A program made the translations under genes and the position numbers. From Oikopleura dioica (lineage: Eukaryota; Animalia; Chordata), in contig OU015567.1 in the NCBI GenBank assembly GCA_907165135.1, positions 8,370,001-8,434,000 of the forward strand: a stretch of 64,000 nt of DNA, read 5' to 3'. The notes under the pieces are model-generated. The model was not told the origin of the DNA. It worked only from the letters and a program-made list of their open reading frames with translations, and did no database searches. Of this stretch, positions 1-13,668 are shown piece after piece; the stretch's first letter is position 1, and each line of letters starts with the position of its first letter.

Positions 1-191
1 TCATCAACCCGTTTCCTTTACTGCCCCAAATTTTTTTCTATTTAAAATTTCACGAACCTAGTCACACGAACCTAGTTATCAACCCATTTCCCTTACTGCC
101 CCAAAATATAGGCCGATTTCAATACTCTGGCAGAACCCACCACGAACCTAGTCACACGAACCTAGTCCTCACGAACCTAGTCGTCATTCCC
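1..191. repeat. Subterminal repeat array, probably the right end of a DNA transposon that extends beyond the window
   Basis: Five copies of CACGAACCTAG(T) at ~51, 65, 141, 155 and 170, plus two copies of TCAACCC(G/A)TTTCC(T/C)TTACTGCCCCAAA. The array ends ...TTCCC followed by TTAA (192-195). Confidence 0.6.
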
Positions 192-299
192 TTAAAAATT
201 GAGAATCCGCAGGTTCAAGATTTGAAAATTTTGAAAAATGAATATGGTTAGTAAAGATGCGGTCGGACTGCCCCAGGAACACGTCAAATAACTGTCTTG

Positions 300-600
300 T
301 CAGGGTCGGACTTCTTTGCTCCGCGGTCGTCGGGTGCACCTGACGCTGCCCAGTTCTACGTTTCATCCATTTTTAAGTCTGTAAAATTGAACCTGTAAAA
401 AGCAAGGTCAAAACAACAACAGCAACCAGTACCGCTCAATCGACGAAGTCAAAATGGCGCTGATTGCAAAGGCTCATTCCGGCGTTCCAAGAACTAAAGC
501 GAGCTTCGCCAACTATCTCAAATGCTCGATGCCGAAAAAAGTCAGCAAGGAATGGAATCACCAACTCTGGAACTGGGCGAAAAAACGATTTGAACTATAA
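300..600 (+). pseudogene. Possible degraded C-terminal fragment of a Tc1/mariner-type transposase
   Basis: Translates (across a stop and a frameshift) to GAPDAAQFYVSSIFKSVKLNL*...QYRSIDEVKMAL, loosely like mariner SPDLAPSD..LF..L...L....F.S.EEV. Weak, by-eye similarity only. Confidence 0.2.
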
Positions 601-1559
601 CAATTTCAAAAGTTCGCAAAAAATAAAGATTTGAAATCTGACTGTATCAAATGTGACTGTATCATGATTTTTTTAATATATTTCTGAAATAAATTCATTT
701 TTTTATGAAAAAATTTTTTATTAAATTTTTTATTAAATAAAATGATCTCTAAACTGATTGAACCATAAAGATGGAGCGAAAAGATGAGTGCTTTTCTAGG
801 GTAGATCTTTTGACGATAAGACTTAAATGGACTGTGAAATCATCTGTCCTTGACTATAAAACGACCTTTGCCGATTCAAATTCACGGCATTGAGATTTAA
901 AATGAAGACTTTTGGCGCGTTAATGTATATTAGAGTGTAGTCTACCCCCAATAGTATTCCTTAATACTTTTTCTTTCAAATGGATCCTTATGTATTTCTG
1001 TTCTTATCTGAAACATAATGTTAATAAACTCGAATAGACGAACTTGTTGTATTACTACAAGAGAGATTGCCGTAACTGTCAACCTTTCATGAAGCTCTCA
1101 ATTATTTCATCTACTTGTTTGAGCAGCTCATAAACTCGATTTATCAGCACGGACATAACTGTCCTGACACATTTCAAATTGCTCAATATTCGGTTATTCG
1201 AAATGATAGTCCACGTGACTCAAGCTAAACCAACAGAAATCAAACCGCTGGTTTTTCAGTTTTGATGATTTTTTTAGTTTATCAGGGCGTTGAAGTTGAG
1301 TGTTCTTTTTTAGAGCTCACGCGGATATTGTGATTATGGAAGTTTTATGGGCGCGCCCGAGTGAAATTTCGCCTTTCTACCGTTTATTATCTGTTGACAT
1401 GTTTGGCGATTTGAGTCGATAAATTCCACAGAATTTCATTAGCAGGAACTTTTTTCATAAAGCTCCCTTATCTCGAGCACGCTTCACGTGAACTCTGTTT
1501 CGGCGAAAATAACACGATTATTTATAAGAAAAATTAATTGAAAAATATTCGAGACTTTT

Positions 1560-2193
1560 TCAAATTTCAGGATATTTTCGGCGATAAGCATCGATCAATT
1601 TTCTAGCGTAGAATTCCGGGCTTTCTTCTTGAGGCGATTCGAAAGGTGGTAAGACAGATTGATGCTTCAAAGTTTGATTTTTCGGAGTAAGGTGCTGTTT
1701 GATAATTATTTTTTGAATCAGGTCGTTTATTTCTGCCTGTGACCGGAGCTCAGCTTGAAGGTGTGTTTCAAGTTTTTGAACCTTCAATGTTAGACTTTCT
1801 ATCAGACTGTTTTGCTCGAAAATGAGCTGTTTATTTGACTTTATCATTGCCAAGAGCTCTTGGTTGATGTCTTTTCTTTCAGCTGTTGGCGGCGGAGTTG
1901 GAAAGTCCACCATTGTTGCATTCACTGGTTTTGGTAAGTCAAAAATGCCTTCGTCTAGGGCTACTTGTTCAAACGGAAGAGGCTTAAATTTTTAAGGAAC
2001 TGAATATCATCGAACATACCTTGAAACTGCGATAGTCTTGATTTAGTTTTGGGTAAACAGTTGTTTCTTCGGGATCAGGATATGGATACGTTTTTATGAG
2101 AAGGTTCCGCTTTTTATCTTTTTTGGGCTTCTTCGGCTTTTTCTCCTTCTTTGGCTCTTTTTTCGGAGGTGGTTTTGAAGGCTCGTTTCCCAT
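1560..2193 (-). CDS. Orphan coiled-coil protein (~198 aa) with N-terminal MGNEPS and a polybasic segment; 2 exons
   Basis: Exons 2193-2020 and 1982-1560 are joined in frame by a 37-nt GT-AG intron (2019-1983). The C-terminus shares two motifs with the ORF at 3176-3658. Confidence 0.75.
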
Positions 2194-3090
2194 CTTTTGA
2201 TGTAAAAGAAGTATTCTTTTTTGACGCTCTTTCGAAGATCTTCTATCAGTATTTACGCCCTGTCACACTATTGTATGAAAAGTCAGTTTCTATCAAAGAA
2301 AAACAATTCCATTTCGATACTGAAAGAGTGCCCCGGCGGGTTTTTAGAGGTGGTTGAGCAAGGTCCGATCTAACAGGTGGTTAAGTCCCTTGCGAGGCGA
2401 GTGAAATCAAAATAACCAAATGTGGCATGGTCAGAACCTACCGCTCGGTGACATAAGATGACCGCCGATCGAGAGGGCAGGCAAACATTTACCGTCTCCA
2501 GGAGATCTTCCTCGGCGAGATAACCCGACCAGAATCATTATTTTTCGATGGAGAAAGAGGCCAAGTTATCCGTCCAAAATATTTTCCGGATGGAAAGTCG
2601 ATTAGGCAAAAAACTCTTTCGGAGTCTGTTTTTCAAAATAGAAGCAAAAGAAGCAGCGCCCGACTTCCGGAAAAATTATGCCCCACGTCGTGAGGGAATA
2701 ATCCGTTTCTTCCCGCTCGCCTGTCAGTCTTTCTGCTCGAGCCTAACGGAGCTTGAGATATTCACTTTCACAGGCTTCATTAGAATTATTCAAATGAGTG
2801 ACTGCTTTACCCTATCTTGCGTTTTTTTGCACCCTAAATACACACATTTTCTCACGTGTCTAAAAAATGCCTCATGAGAAATCCAAGGAATCGGTAGGAA
2901 AATTGAGATCGAATTGTACTTGATAGAGTTTGGCATTCAATCACTGAAGGTAAACAAGGAGATTTGCTTCTGACAGGTAGTAACAGATAAAAATTCTGGA
3001 GACAGTTCAGTCTGATTTATGCGTGTTATGGACTCTGTGCATATTGCTTCTCTAAGAGCTGTTGCAAGAAGAAGGAAAAGAAGCTGACAA

Positions 3091-3658
3091 ATGACCAGAA
3101 ACCGAACAAGCGTCTTTCAAGTAGGTTTGCAAACGATATTCTTTCACTCATTGAACTCTTTAGAACTTCAAAAAAATGGTGAAATTGATGAAGAAAGACC
3201 TCGAATCTCTTACTCAAAAAGTAGATAGGCTAGAAAAAGAGTTCGAATCGCCGGTGGAAACTGAGAATAGAAAATTCATTGATAATCTGACTCAAAGAGT
3301 TGAGGATCTGGAGCACAAACATCAATTGCAAGTGGAAATGAACGTCAAAGAACTCAAAAATGTTATCCAGAAATTAGAGACATTGGAGCGAGCGAAAATC
3401 GACGATATGAAACTGACTCACAGTCTTGCTGAAAAAGTAGATAATCTTCAGGATCGCCTTAAATTGCAAGAAGAAATAAGCGATCTCATGCAAAAAATCA
3501 TCATCAAACAATTTGCATCCTCTCCTTCTCATGATATCCAGCTTCGCGTCGTACCGGCTGTTGAAGAAGATGTTGTTTTCTACGCAAGAAAATTGATTGA
3601 GTCTTACCGATGGAAAAACCCTAACCCTGTCATATTGGGAATCCCCACCAAAAAATAA
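3091..3658 (+). CDS. Orphan coiled-coil protein, paralog of the 1560-2193 gene; 5' end uncertain
   Basis: 160-aa heptad-rich ORF. QEEISDLMQKIIIKQ...FYARKLIESYRWKNP matches QAEINDLIQKIIIKQ...FYARKLIDAYRRKYP of the neighbour. Possible first exon 3091-3120 with a 43-nt intron 3121-3163. An AATAAA overlaps the stop codon. Confidence 0.7.
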
Positions 3659-6600
3659 AATCCGAGTTCCAAAGCATTTTGTAAAGAAAGCGTAAACGAG
3701 ATAACTTCCGGTTTAGGCGAGAAACCGCTGCTTTTTGAACGGCGGTGGAGGTTCAATTTTAGAACTGCGCGGTCTAACTCAATTACTTTCAGCGGCTGCT
3801 TCCGAATTGGATAATGACACCCGCAGGAACTGTAACAGCACTCTTTGTAAATCCATCTGGCTTCGGCTCTTTTCGACACGAGATTAGAGGTAGCACTGAA
3901 AATTCAACCCAGAAAAAAATACTATACAGAATCTTCAATGCTTATTTTTTTAATGAAAGATTATGTGTTCCACCACGCTTTCTATTCTGTTTGATCTCTT
4001 CCCGTGCTGTTTTTGCTTTCGAGGCTGAACTTAAGTTGTCCTCTCTTATCTTTAAATTTTAATCCCTCCTGGGTAACTCGACCTTTCTTTCGCTTAACTG
4101 CCTATTAAAATTGACGTCAGCTTGTTCCTTTAAAAAGAATTGAAAGCAAAAACATTCTGAACCGAAGAAAAAACCGCATCGGTAGATGTTTCTTTATCTC
4201 CAAGGTCAGTTCGGTTATCAGCTATCTATTCGAACTCCTGCATTTTCGGCTGATTGAATCCGGATCTACAAGCTGTCCTTATGCAGGAATTTAGCGGCGA
4301 TAACAACGCACTAACTGATGACCCGCCAGCTAAATGGACACGTCTCCCTCATCGCTCTTTTGCTTAGACTTTGGAAAAAATTTCTGGGCTTCCTGAGCCG
4401 CGGCCAGAAATTTGAATAAAACGTTCCAAATATTTTGAAGCGCGGCAATTTGGAAAGCCGAAAATTGAGCCGTCTGTACCTTTCTTTCATAAACAGCGAT
4501 GCGTTTAGCTTTTCAAGCTATAGTAACTCGAAACGGGCGAAAACAGTGATTACGAAAAAAAATTGGCACTCGGCAGTTGACGCCTTAGTTTTTGTAAGAT
4601 AATGCTTCCGAGACTGAGAGACCACTCTGTCCTGTTTCTATCTGTCTCTAGCACTTGAGTGCTTGGCTAATATTTTGCGGACGAATCTTATCAAAGACAA
4701 ACCTGACTTCTTACGAAATCGCTGATTAAACAAAAAGAATCAGGTTTTTCAGACAGTAATTTTCAAAAGAAAAATTACTGAGAAGAAAGAGAATCACGTG
4801 ATACAAATACAGAGTCTTGAAAATATTAAATTACTTAGTTGAAGAAAAAAGAAGCTGGGCAAACTCGTCAGGGAGGAGGCGTTCCCGCAGCGTCAGCGGA
4901 CGCCACGGGGTTGACCGCCGCTGTGCGACCACAATTTTATCAAAAAGTGGCAAAATTGGATTTTCTTGAACGGGGCGCCAAGCCTGGCTCGGATGCAGTT
5001 GTGCGTTAGGCGTTGCGCAAAGCCGTCGCCAACTCGATTATTATTTTCGGCCGCAGCCGCTAACGCACGCAAAACGGAAATGAACCGTAATTCTGCGCAC
5101 ATGAGCAGTTTTTTTAGAATGTGAGCGAAGGAAACATGCTTACGAAGAAAATATGGCTCTAAAAAAGCGAGTTTCGATCTTGATAGTAATCGACAATAAC
5201 GTAGAATTTTAGAAGAACAAAAATTCATTGAAGCACGGTCCAGAAATTACCGAGGATCAAAGGATTGAGCAAATCAAACGGTGGATTCGAAATATGAAGC
5301 ACTTTCACAGAAGCTCATAGTGGACAAGTGAGATTACTAGTTAGAAGTTTACTGCCAATTTCAAGGATTTCCGGGATTCGACGTTCAAATTTAGAATTTT
5401 TGTTTCATCAATTTTGATGGCAAAAAGCTAAAACCAGGCGAAAATGACTGAATCTATAAAAGAGAAAGGCCTTGTCCTGCATAAACTCCACTTCCAAAAG
5501 AACATTAAACAACATGAAGCTATTTTCAAGGCGGCACTTAGCTTTGCCCATAAAAATGCTCCACGGTCGTTGTCTCTTTAGAAAGAGCGCTGTAATCTGA
5601 CAATAATATATTATCAAGCACAGAATAGTATTTTTGAGGAATTTTTTGTTTCGTCGTTCACAAGAAGGTTGAAAGGTTAGTTGCGAAATTTTCATACTCT
5701 AGTAGTTTTATTTTAATTGATTCGGGAAGACTCGTGGAAGTTTTTTTCGTTCACCAATAAATTATCAAATGATTTGACGCAGCAGTTCGCGACCCGTGGA
5801 ATTACGAACGGAAGCGGGTCAAGTCGGACTGACGCTGTGCGGGATTATTATCTGCGGTGGGTAGCAGTGGGCAAGTATTGTTGTTGGACACCGTTTCGTC
5901 ATTAGGGTTTGGTGTTTTGGAAAATTTTAAAAGTTCTCAAACATCAAACCCCCACCTAAAATCATTTCTATTCTTTGCAATCTGGGGATCCGATGTTGCG
6001 AGTTAATTCCACGTGACTTTGAAAAGCGATGTTGTTGAAAATAGCTGCCATGTGCTCCCGTTGGCTATGAATAGCGCGAATTTTCCTTGAAGCGATGCGG
6101 GGATTAAAATCAAATCTATGCAAAATAGGCTTCATAAGAGGCAACTCTGGGTGACTTGATATCCATTGGCGTGCGTAATTATGCCGGATCGGATGCGGTT
6201 TTGACCCCCGTGCGGGTTCCACTCAATACGAAATTCATTCGCAAAAGAAATATCTATTTATACAACTGGTTTTTTCTATCAATTTTTATCAAAAACAATT
6301 TTGAAATATTCAAACAAGAAACAACTCAAAATTGAATAAGACTAAAGCTCATTTCCTTTAACAATAAACAGTTTGGTCAGGATTTATTATTCTAGCGCCG
6401 AGTAAATACGGCTTTAGTTATTATGAGAGGGAAACAGCACGGAGGAACCAGCGTGTGCCGCAAAAATCACTTACCAATGTCGCTCCGACCAGTGCAGCAT
6501 CCCGCGGGAAAGCGTCTGAAGAAAACAGTTGGTCGGAAGTAGCGGTCATGTATTTTCAATTAAGGCGCTCCAATCAGTAATGGACGGGGTGATACGATAT

Positions 6601-9600
6601 TCAGCACAGTCCCCCTTGAAAAAACGAGCCACTTCCAGATTGTTTTGTACATTGCTTCCGTGGGCACCTCCTAACTTTTATGATCTAACATCTTTTGGCT
6701 TGTTAGGCAACATTTCTCGCTGGAAAAAAATGAGGGGCGTGTTAATTCCCCTTTTTCTGAAACCATGAAAACGTGATCGAACTCTGTCTATTTTATAAAC
6801 ATACATTTGAGCAAAAGATGAATGTAGAATTGAAACTATTTCTTTAAAAAAGAACAACACAGCTTAAATTTAAAATTTGTCATGTCAGAAATATATATTA
6901 ACCGCGCTGGTGTCCCTTAATTCAGCAATTTTTCGGTGAAATTGAGGGACCGCCTTTCATGAATTTTTCTAAAGATCAAATACATGAATGACGCAAATGA
7001 TAAAACAGCAGAGTTCACGTAAAATGAGCCAAAAAGCATAATTACGAAGACATTCTAACAAGACATGTTACAAGCATTAGCAAATTAGCAAATTATTAGC
7101 GTGTTACTTGTCCCTGTTGAAAACGTTTCTGTAAACATGGATTATTCTTATCAACAAATTAGGTTCATTGTTACTAGATTAATTTTGAGCTAGACATAAT
7201 GTAATTTACAGGATTCAGAAATATGAGTCAGGAGCCATCCCGGTTAACCTCTGTGATAAAAATTTCACGAAAACAGAGCTGCAAACGGGAAAATTAAAAC
7301 TAAGGACCTCCCACTTCAGCCGGCTTCTTTCAGGAAGTCGACTCAACGGGCATAATTACGTTTGGAACAACGCAATATTCACGTAAATCGCTCTTACTTT
7401 CTTTCTTTCTTGCGCAAGAATGTATAGAAACGAGACACAGTTTTTTCGGTCAAAAAAGGTCAACAACCGATTCAGCTTATCTAGCAGGAATTCTATAATC
7501 TTCTTCGAAAAAGTCACGATCCGCAGTACAGCTGGCTTACGTGTGAGTAAATTTCACCCCTCCGTCGTCAAAAAAAAATCTAATCGGATCAAGCATTATC
7601 CGAACTGTCGTGGGTAGCCCTATCGATTTCGTTTTTTTTCTCTCGCGCGAGTAATTTTGAAAAACCAACAAAATAAGGCATTGAAAAGATCATTACCTCG
7701 AAGTTTTTGCAGTCAACCTCGGTATCGAAACTCTTGAAAAGCGAGTCGGATAGTGACTTGAAGTAGTTGACTTTAACTTGATCGTTACTCTGAAAGAAAT
7801 GTGAAAGTACGTGATCGTCAGCTTGAAATTCGGACTTCTCGATTCCTGAGTTTTGATTGGCTGGTAGGCCAAATACAGCAATCTTATTGGCGATCCGAAA
7901 ATGCTACTTAAAAAATTATATTTTCCATATTTTTACTTGAATATTTTGGTTTATACCTAGTTTTACTGTCAAGTTACAGTGCGAGTCAGAAAGAACCTTG
8001 TAAAATTCTTTAAGAAGATTTAAACAAGTCAGAACAGACTTTCGAAAAATGTTTCGAAAATGAAGGTCCTGTCGGCCATCGCTAGTAGGAACAGAAAAAT
8101 TCACCGAGGCTGTCAGTGAATTCATCAACATCTGTCCGACAGCGACCAAAGAAAAGGGGATGAAAACGTGATGTTTACAATTCCTGAACAAAAGCACACA
8201 CACGGGCGCGGTACTTTGTTGCTTGAGCGATAAACAATTTCAAGGGCTTTGAAATTCGCGAACAAAGAATTCGAAAATTCGCCACTTACCGAAATCGACT
8301 GTTGGCTTGGGTTTAGACGCTGGTTTTTGATCATTGTTTCGTAATTTTTCAGCACGATTTTTTGACCTAAAAAAGAGGTTTTTGAATTTCGAGTTTCGTA
8401 ATTGAGATTGTTGATCCGCTCAAAATGACACTAGATGAACTTGAAATGTGACTCGCAAAGCAAAAGCATGATAATACTCGGTGATATTTTCGGGGCAATG
8501 CGCAACCCTCTCACGCAATAACCGGAAAAAGGAGTGTTTTAGAAACGCTGGAGAAGCGTTATTTTCTGATTTCAGAAATGTCAGGTCAGTTGGTTCAACC
8601 TTATTATTCCCAAGTTCTAAACTCACTCGAAAGTAAGCGCCATTTTTCGAATAATTTGGACCTTGAGAAGCTGTCCAAAATTTACGGTATTTTACGGGAG
8701 CCAGTTTTCCGCTGTTTTATCAACAAAATTGGATACGCGAGCGTTTAAAGTTCCAAGCTCAGCGCTTTGGTGCTTTATGTACGCCATCCTTTCGGCACGG
8801 CTATCTCATCGTAAAAGGGAAGTCTTTAAAGACCTGTGAAAACACCGTAATCAGTCCCTTCCTGACGTGTTCTATGAATTCCCAAATGCTCCGATTTCGC
8901 GGAGCCCGGCCTTGACTCGCGCCACGGATCATTATCACCAGGGATGGGATCAACGGGAAATAATCCTTTCCGGGGAGTGCTTCAACACCTAAACAGACCA
9001 CTTGATTTCACCTTGATCGATTAAGACTTGAGAATTTACGTGGTTCCAGGGAAGCATCATTTAATATCGAGTGGATTAGGATGCTCGCTTTTAGCGCACT
9101 CCTTGGCTAACCGGTTATGATGGAAAAATGACGCCAAAAACTGTATTTTCAATAAAGAGTTTTTGAATGAGAAGATTGAAAATTGAAAATGAGCACCTTT
9201 TCTTTTTGAAAAGAAAGATTGCAAGTTCTTACGGCGGTAAAGCAAGCTGCATCTCTATCCATCATCAATTTAACACTTTGAAAAGGACCCTGCTGCGTTT
9301 TCGAATTCTTTAGAACGAGCTCAGCTGCAGACTTATCCGCCGTAACGTTTCAGTGTCTTATCAAGCTTGCTCTGGATCGACCTTAGATGATTCTAACTTT
9401 TAATTTACTCTGGCTTTTTTTTTAGTTTATGACAAAAACATCTCTAAAATCAAAGTTTTCTAAAAGCACAAAAAGAGCCGCCCGGTCCAATTTGATTCCG
9501 CTTTACCGAGGTACCCGCCGCAGATCGACAAAATTCCTCGAGATCACGTTAGAGCCTCAGTGGGATGAAATAATAGCTGTCATTTCGCGCTCATTGCGCA

Positions 9601-11750
9601 GCTGCATCAAATTCGCATTACAGCCCTTCACGTAACGAGCGAGAGCTCGGACCGGAGCCAGCACCCTCTAAAATGATCACCTGGGCGCCCGAGTTTTGCT
9701 TAAAATTACATTCTTGTTTGATGAAAACATATCAATATTTACTGAAATGGCGCTCATCAACTTGGTGAAGCACTGGCAGATCCGACAAAGAGTGACATAA
9801 ACATAAGAGAACAGAATACTTCCACAAAACACACCTGATGATTCCCTCGCAAAGTTTAAGGGTATACACGCATTTCCCAGGCCCTCTGCGTGTAGCAGAT
9901 GTGCTAAATGATGAACCATGTAATAAATATTGCCCGAAAAGAAACGATAGTTCTGCGAAAAAAAGTGTAATCCCTCCATTCAATTTTCTGCCCATAACAG
10001 CCGGAAAACTCAATTAGCTGAAAACTCCTTTTGCTCGCGAATAGCAGGCGTTGCTTTGTAAACGAAACATTATAAATGACAACATGAAAACAGTCTGTAT
10101 TTCGATTTTGAGTCCTTTATTTGAGACCAATTAAAGACCATTTATTAATCGACAGTTGCAAATTTAATTGACGAAAAAGCTTATTGTTTTTATCCACGAT
10201 TTAGTTAGCTAAAGCGTTGATGGTATAAATACAAAATAGATGATTCTGCGAAAGATAGGAAGAAGAAGATGGGAAATATGAAACAGATTGACGTGGAACG
10301 TGATCACTAGAATTTCAGAAAACACATGCCACTTGCTTGGGTGTGAATTTCTGACAAATCCCCTGATCATGTTTTTTCCAGGTTTTGGAATTTGACTCAG
10401 AATTCTCCACGAGGAAAAAAACTTGCTTACAGTAAGTTTATAAGATCACGTTTTTCTCCGCGAAGTAGCAATTTTAATTTCATCTACTTGGCTGGAACGA
10501 GAAAACATTGCTTGAAAATATCTATTGGCACCCTCTTTTGCGGAAAGAAAAACAAGCAGTAATCTAAAAAAGCGCTGGTCCAGTAATAGGCATGTTGCGA
10601 GTCACCAATTTCGATTTCTTGGGGAAGATCACTCATAACACCCGCTGGTTAGTAGCAGAAGGAAATAAACCTCGAAAAATATTCATGGGAGCCAACAAAT
10701 GCGATAATGCCCGGTCTAGGCAGAGGAAAGAAGAAAAGAGCCAAATTATCGAAGCTAGAAATTTTGAGGAAATGACTGCTTGTCGCTTGTGAAAGGATAG
10801 GGCAAGGACGGATGATTAATTTTCAAGCGAGCGAAAGAGTCGAGTTCCACAGAACACGTCAGGAAGAGGGGCATTACCGAAACTACTCGGAGACACTCAA
10901 ATTGAGTCACTGACAGAATGAAATGGTCGACATTGTAAAAAATTGAGATAAGAGAATGAAGACACGCAATCCCTAAAAAATAACGGATTTTGGAAGCTCT
11001 TTGAGCGGAGCTTTTTCTGGAGATCTGCTAAGACTAAATACAGACGTCTTGAGACATCATTTTTTTGCAGCCATGCAAGATTCCAGTAAACATCATCAGA
11101 AATAAACAAGCTTGAAGCACCGAAATTTGCTTACAGTACTCTTGGCCGAATAACTTAAGCCGTTTAACAGCACCATTTTAGGCTTTTGCGGATAATAACA
11201 TACTAGCTCGAGTACGTGGAAATAGTGCAGAAGGAAGCATGTGATGAAATAGTGTTTTAGCCGTTACTCGGTGGAATGTTTTAACGCAAGAGAACATCCC
11301 ACAAGACCTCAAAAATGTGTGCATCAGAAAGCAAAAAAAGAGAACAAAGTTTGATTTTGCCCGGAATTATGTTATTAGACAATCATGTTTCAGAATCGAA
11401 CATGGCATGTCAGAGAAAACGCTGTTAAAATGTCGAACAAGACAAAAAAGTTTTTCTCTCAAATTTCCGTTTTCAAAAAGGTCAAAAATCACTTGGCTTC
11501 AAAATCACGTTTCATCGCTACGTCATTTTTCGACTCGCTAAAAATCAGAAAAGAACGAAAAGATCAGCTTTGAAAAGGTTGTCTTCCATGTTTGGCAAGA
11601 TTCTAATAAAATGCTCTAAGTCAGAGTTGAACGAGGTCCAGAGCTTCTTTTTTCTGTTATTCGAAAGAATCTGGCTGCTCTCAAGCGCGACAAGACTTGA
11701 ACACTTGATTTGTTCGATTATCATCAATTTCAAAGCATGAATCCAATTAA

Positions 11751-12280
11751 CCGCATGGGCCAGATCGGGGGATAGAGGCGCTGGGACAAAAGGTGCATTC
11801 CACTGCACTTAAGAAAACTACTGGTCGGATGGACTTGAAAATTTCAGTCAATACTAATTCTGGGCCGTAGATTTCAGATCTGTTGGCAAAAATAGCGTAG
11901 AAAATTTTATTATTGATAAAAAATAGAAATTATTCAAGGCCTGATTCCAAAAAAATTTTTTTCGATGGTATTTAAGCAAAGTTAAGCATATATTCGAAAT
12001 CTCCATGATCGAAAACATATAAAAACCCTTTGAAATCACAAAAATCCTACATTTGGTTCGGTTCCCCTGTGCAAACACTCGGCGGGAGGGATAAAGCGCT
12101 GTACTTAATCCGGTGTAGAGCTCAGCTGGTGAGCGATAATTTCTCGAAATTCAGAATTTAGGGCGACAAATGGCACAAGAAATCCTACTTTAATTTTTAG
12201 CTCAATTGGATTTGTAGTCTTTGAGATATTGACCTTCAAAGTCTTAAATGACAGTGGAATGCACCTTCTGTCCCATGCGG
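11751..12280. mobile_element. MITE (~530 bp) with TTAA target site, piggyBac-like
   Basis: TTAA|CCGCATGGG...ACAAAAGGTGCATTCCACTG on the left and CAGTGGAATGCACCTTCTGTCCCATGCGG|TTAA on the right. The left TIR carries a ~26-bp insertion. No transposase. Confidence 0.75.
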
Positions 12281-12690
12281 TTAAGTAAAGCCTTTTCGCG
12301 CGTTTGAAGCCTCTATTTTGCTTGATAACGCACTCGAGTTTACATAAACTTCTGATAGATTTAGAACTTCCATGAACAGCTTTGCATTATAAAATCAGAA
12401 ATAGAATACGCCCCGCTACTTTTGATAGAAAAAAACTTCAACAAAGTAAGTTCAATGATGAATTTAGTTTTCAAAAGAATGCGACCAGCTCAATAAAATT
12501 CCAGCGGCGGGCGGAACATGAAAATAAACTCGTATATGTTGGGCGGTTAATTCAATCCCATTTCCTCCTTGGAACTGAGTGGGATATCTTTTGTGGCCTA
12601 GTGCAGCGAGATCGGCTGCGTTTTATGTGGCGCGATAACTAGCTCCGTTGACCACATCGAAGTCTAGCTTCTGGGCTTTGTAGTGTTATC

Positions 12691-13584
12691 TCAGCCCCAA
12701 AAAGCGACTTCAAAAGAAGATTGCTTTTTCGACAGACCTTGTGCCTCGTACTGGAGCTTGTTTAGTTGCTCTTGCTGGTCGGCTTCTTCTTCTTTGATTA
12801 ATTCTGAAATCAATCATCAGATATTATGAAAGCGAATCGAGAATTTTAGAAAATCGCTGCGAACTTTAGAAAACGTCAATAAAAAGTGGGTTTTCTTTCG
12901 TTCAATATTGAAGTTTTCGAGAATTTCAATAAGTGGACAGCTAATTTCCTTGTAAATTTGACCTTGTCGCTTGTATCTAAAATAAACTTACCGATGTAAT
13001 CAATAGTTTTGGAGAGGATCGTGGCTTTGGACAATTTCGTTGTTGTCAATTGATTCTTCCCTTCGACGCATGCAGGCACTGGAAATAGTCATTGAAACGC
13101 TTGTTTGAATAAGTTGTTTTATTAATTCGATATTTAGACATTTGTTTGAGCTGTTATTAGCAATGAATGAAAATGTAAATAAGTCCAGGTAGGAAAAACC
13201 AAGTGGCTCTTGATTAACGCTATGTCTGTACATTTGTACCCATGGAATCGATGCTTCGGTCTTAAAAGGTATTATGGCCGTGAAAATGCCACCTGTGGAG
13301 GCTATCAGCCACCCTTGTGGCATTGGATAACTTTTTGGATAAACCACGAACCTAAAACACCCAAGTCGTCGTAGCCACGTCGAATCGCATCACGCCGTTT
13401 CTTCTCCGCAGCGGTGTGAGCCTAAAGCAGACTTCATGACTCGATCCATAAATTTGCAAACAAATTAATGTGCAAGTCCAAGTTCGCACTTTTTAAGTCA
13501 CGGCTATTTTCGGTGAAAATATTTATATGATGATATTACCTGTTTGCGTGCCATTTCACGTGTCAGTAATTGCCCTAGCTCCAT
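12691..13584 (-). CDS. MLX: Max-like protein X (MLX)-family bHLH-ZIP transcription factor; 3' end uncertain
   Basis: Exons 13584-13540, 13421-13361, (13301-13293?), 13078-12992 and 12803-~12691 give ARKQAHTAAEKKRRDAIRRGYDDL...VPAC...KLSKATILSKTIDYIELIKEEEADQQEQLNKLQYEAQGL. This closely resembles the MLX bHLH-ZIP (AHTQAEQKRRDAIKRGYDDL...KLSKAIVLQKTIDYI). Confidence 0.85.
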
Positions 13585-13668
13585 ATTATCTTCGGTATTA
13601 TCGGGATGGTGTCTGGAACCGACAAAAAAATTTCGACAAATTTTGCGTAGGCGGCTACTCGGCTGCTG

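Noticed and set aside
51-181. CACGAACCTAGT repeats as a possible CRISPR array
   Set aside because: The 12-bp units have irregular, very short spacing, which fits transposon subterminal repeats.
6168-6225. GC-rich segment with B-box-like GGTTCCACTC
   Set aside because: I could not fold it into a cloverleaf, and there is no A-box at the right distance.
12117-12137. tRNA A-box-like TAGAGCTCAGCTGGTGAGCG
   Set aside because: No T-arm/B-box or acceptor stem follows, and it lies inside a MITE.
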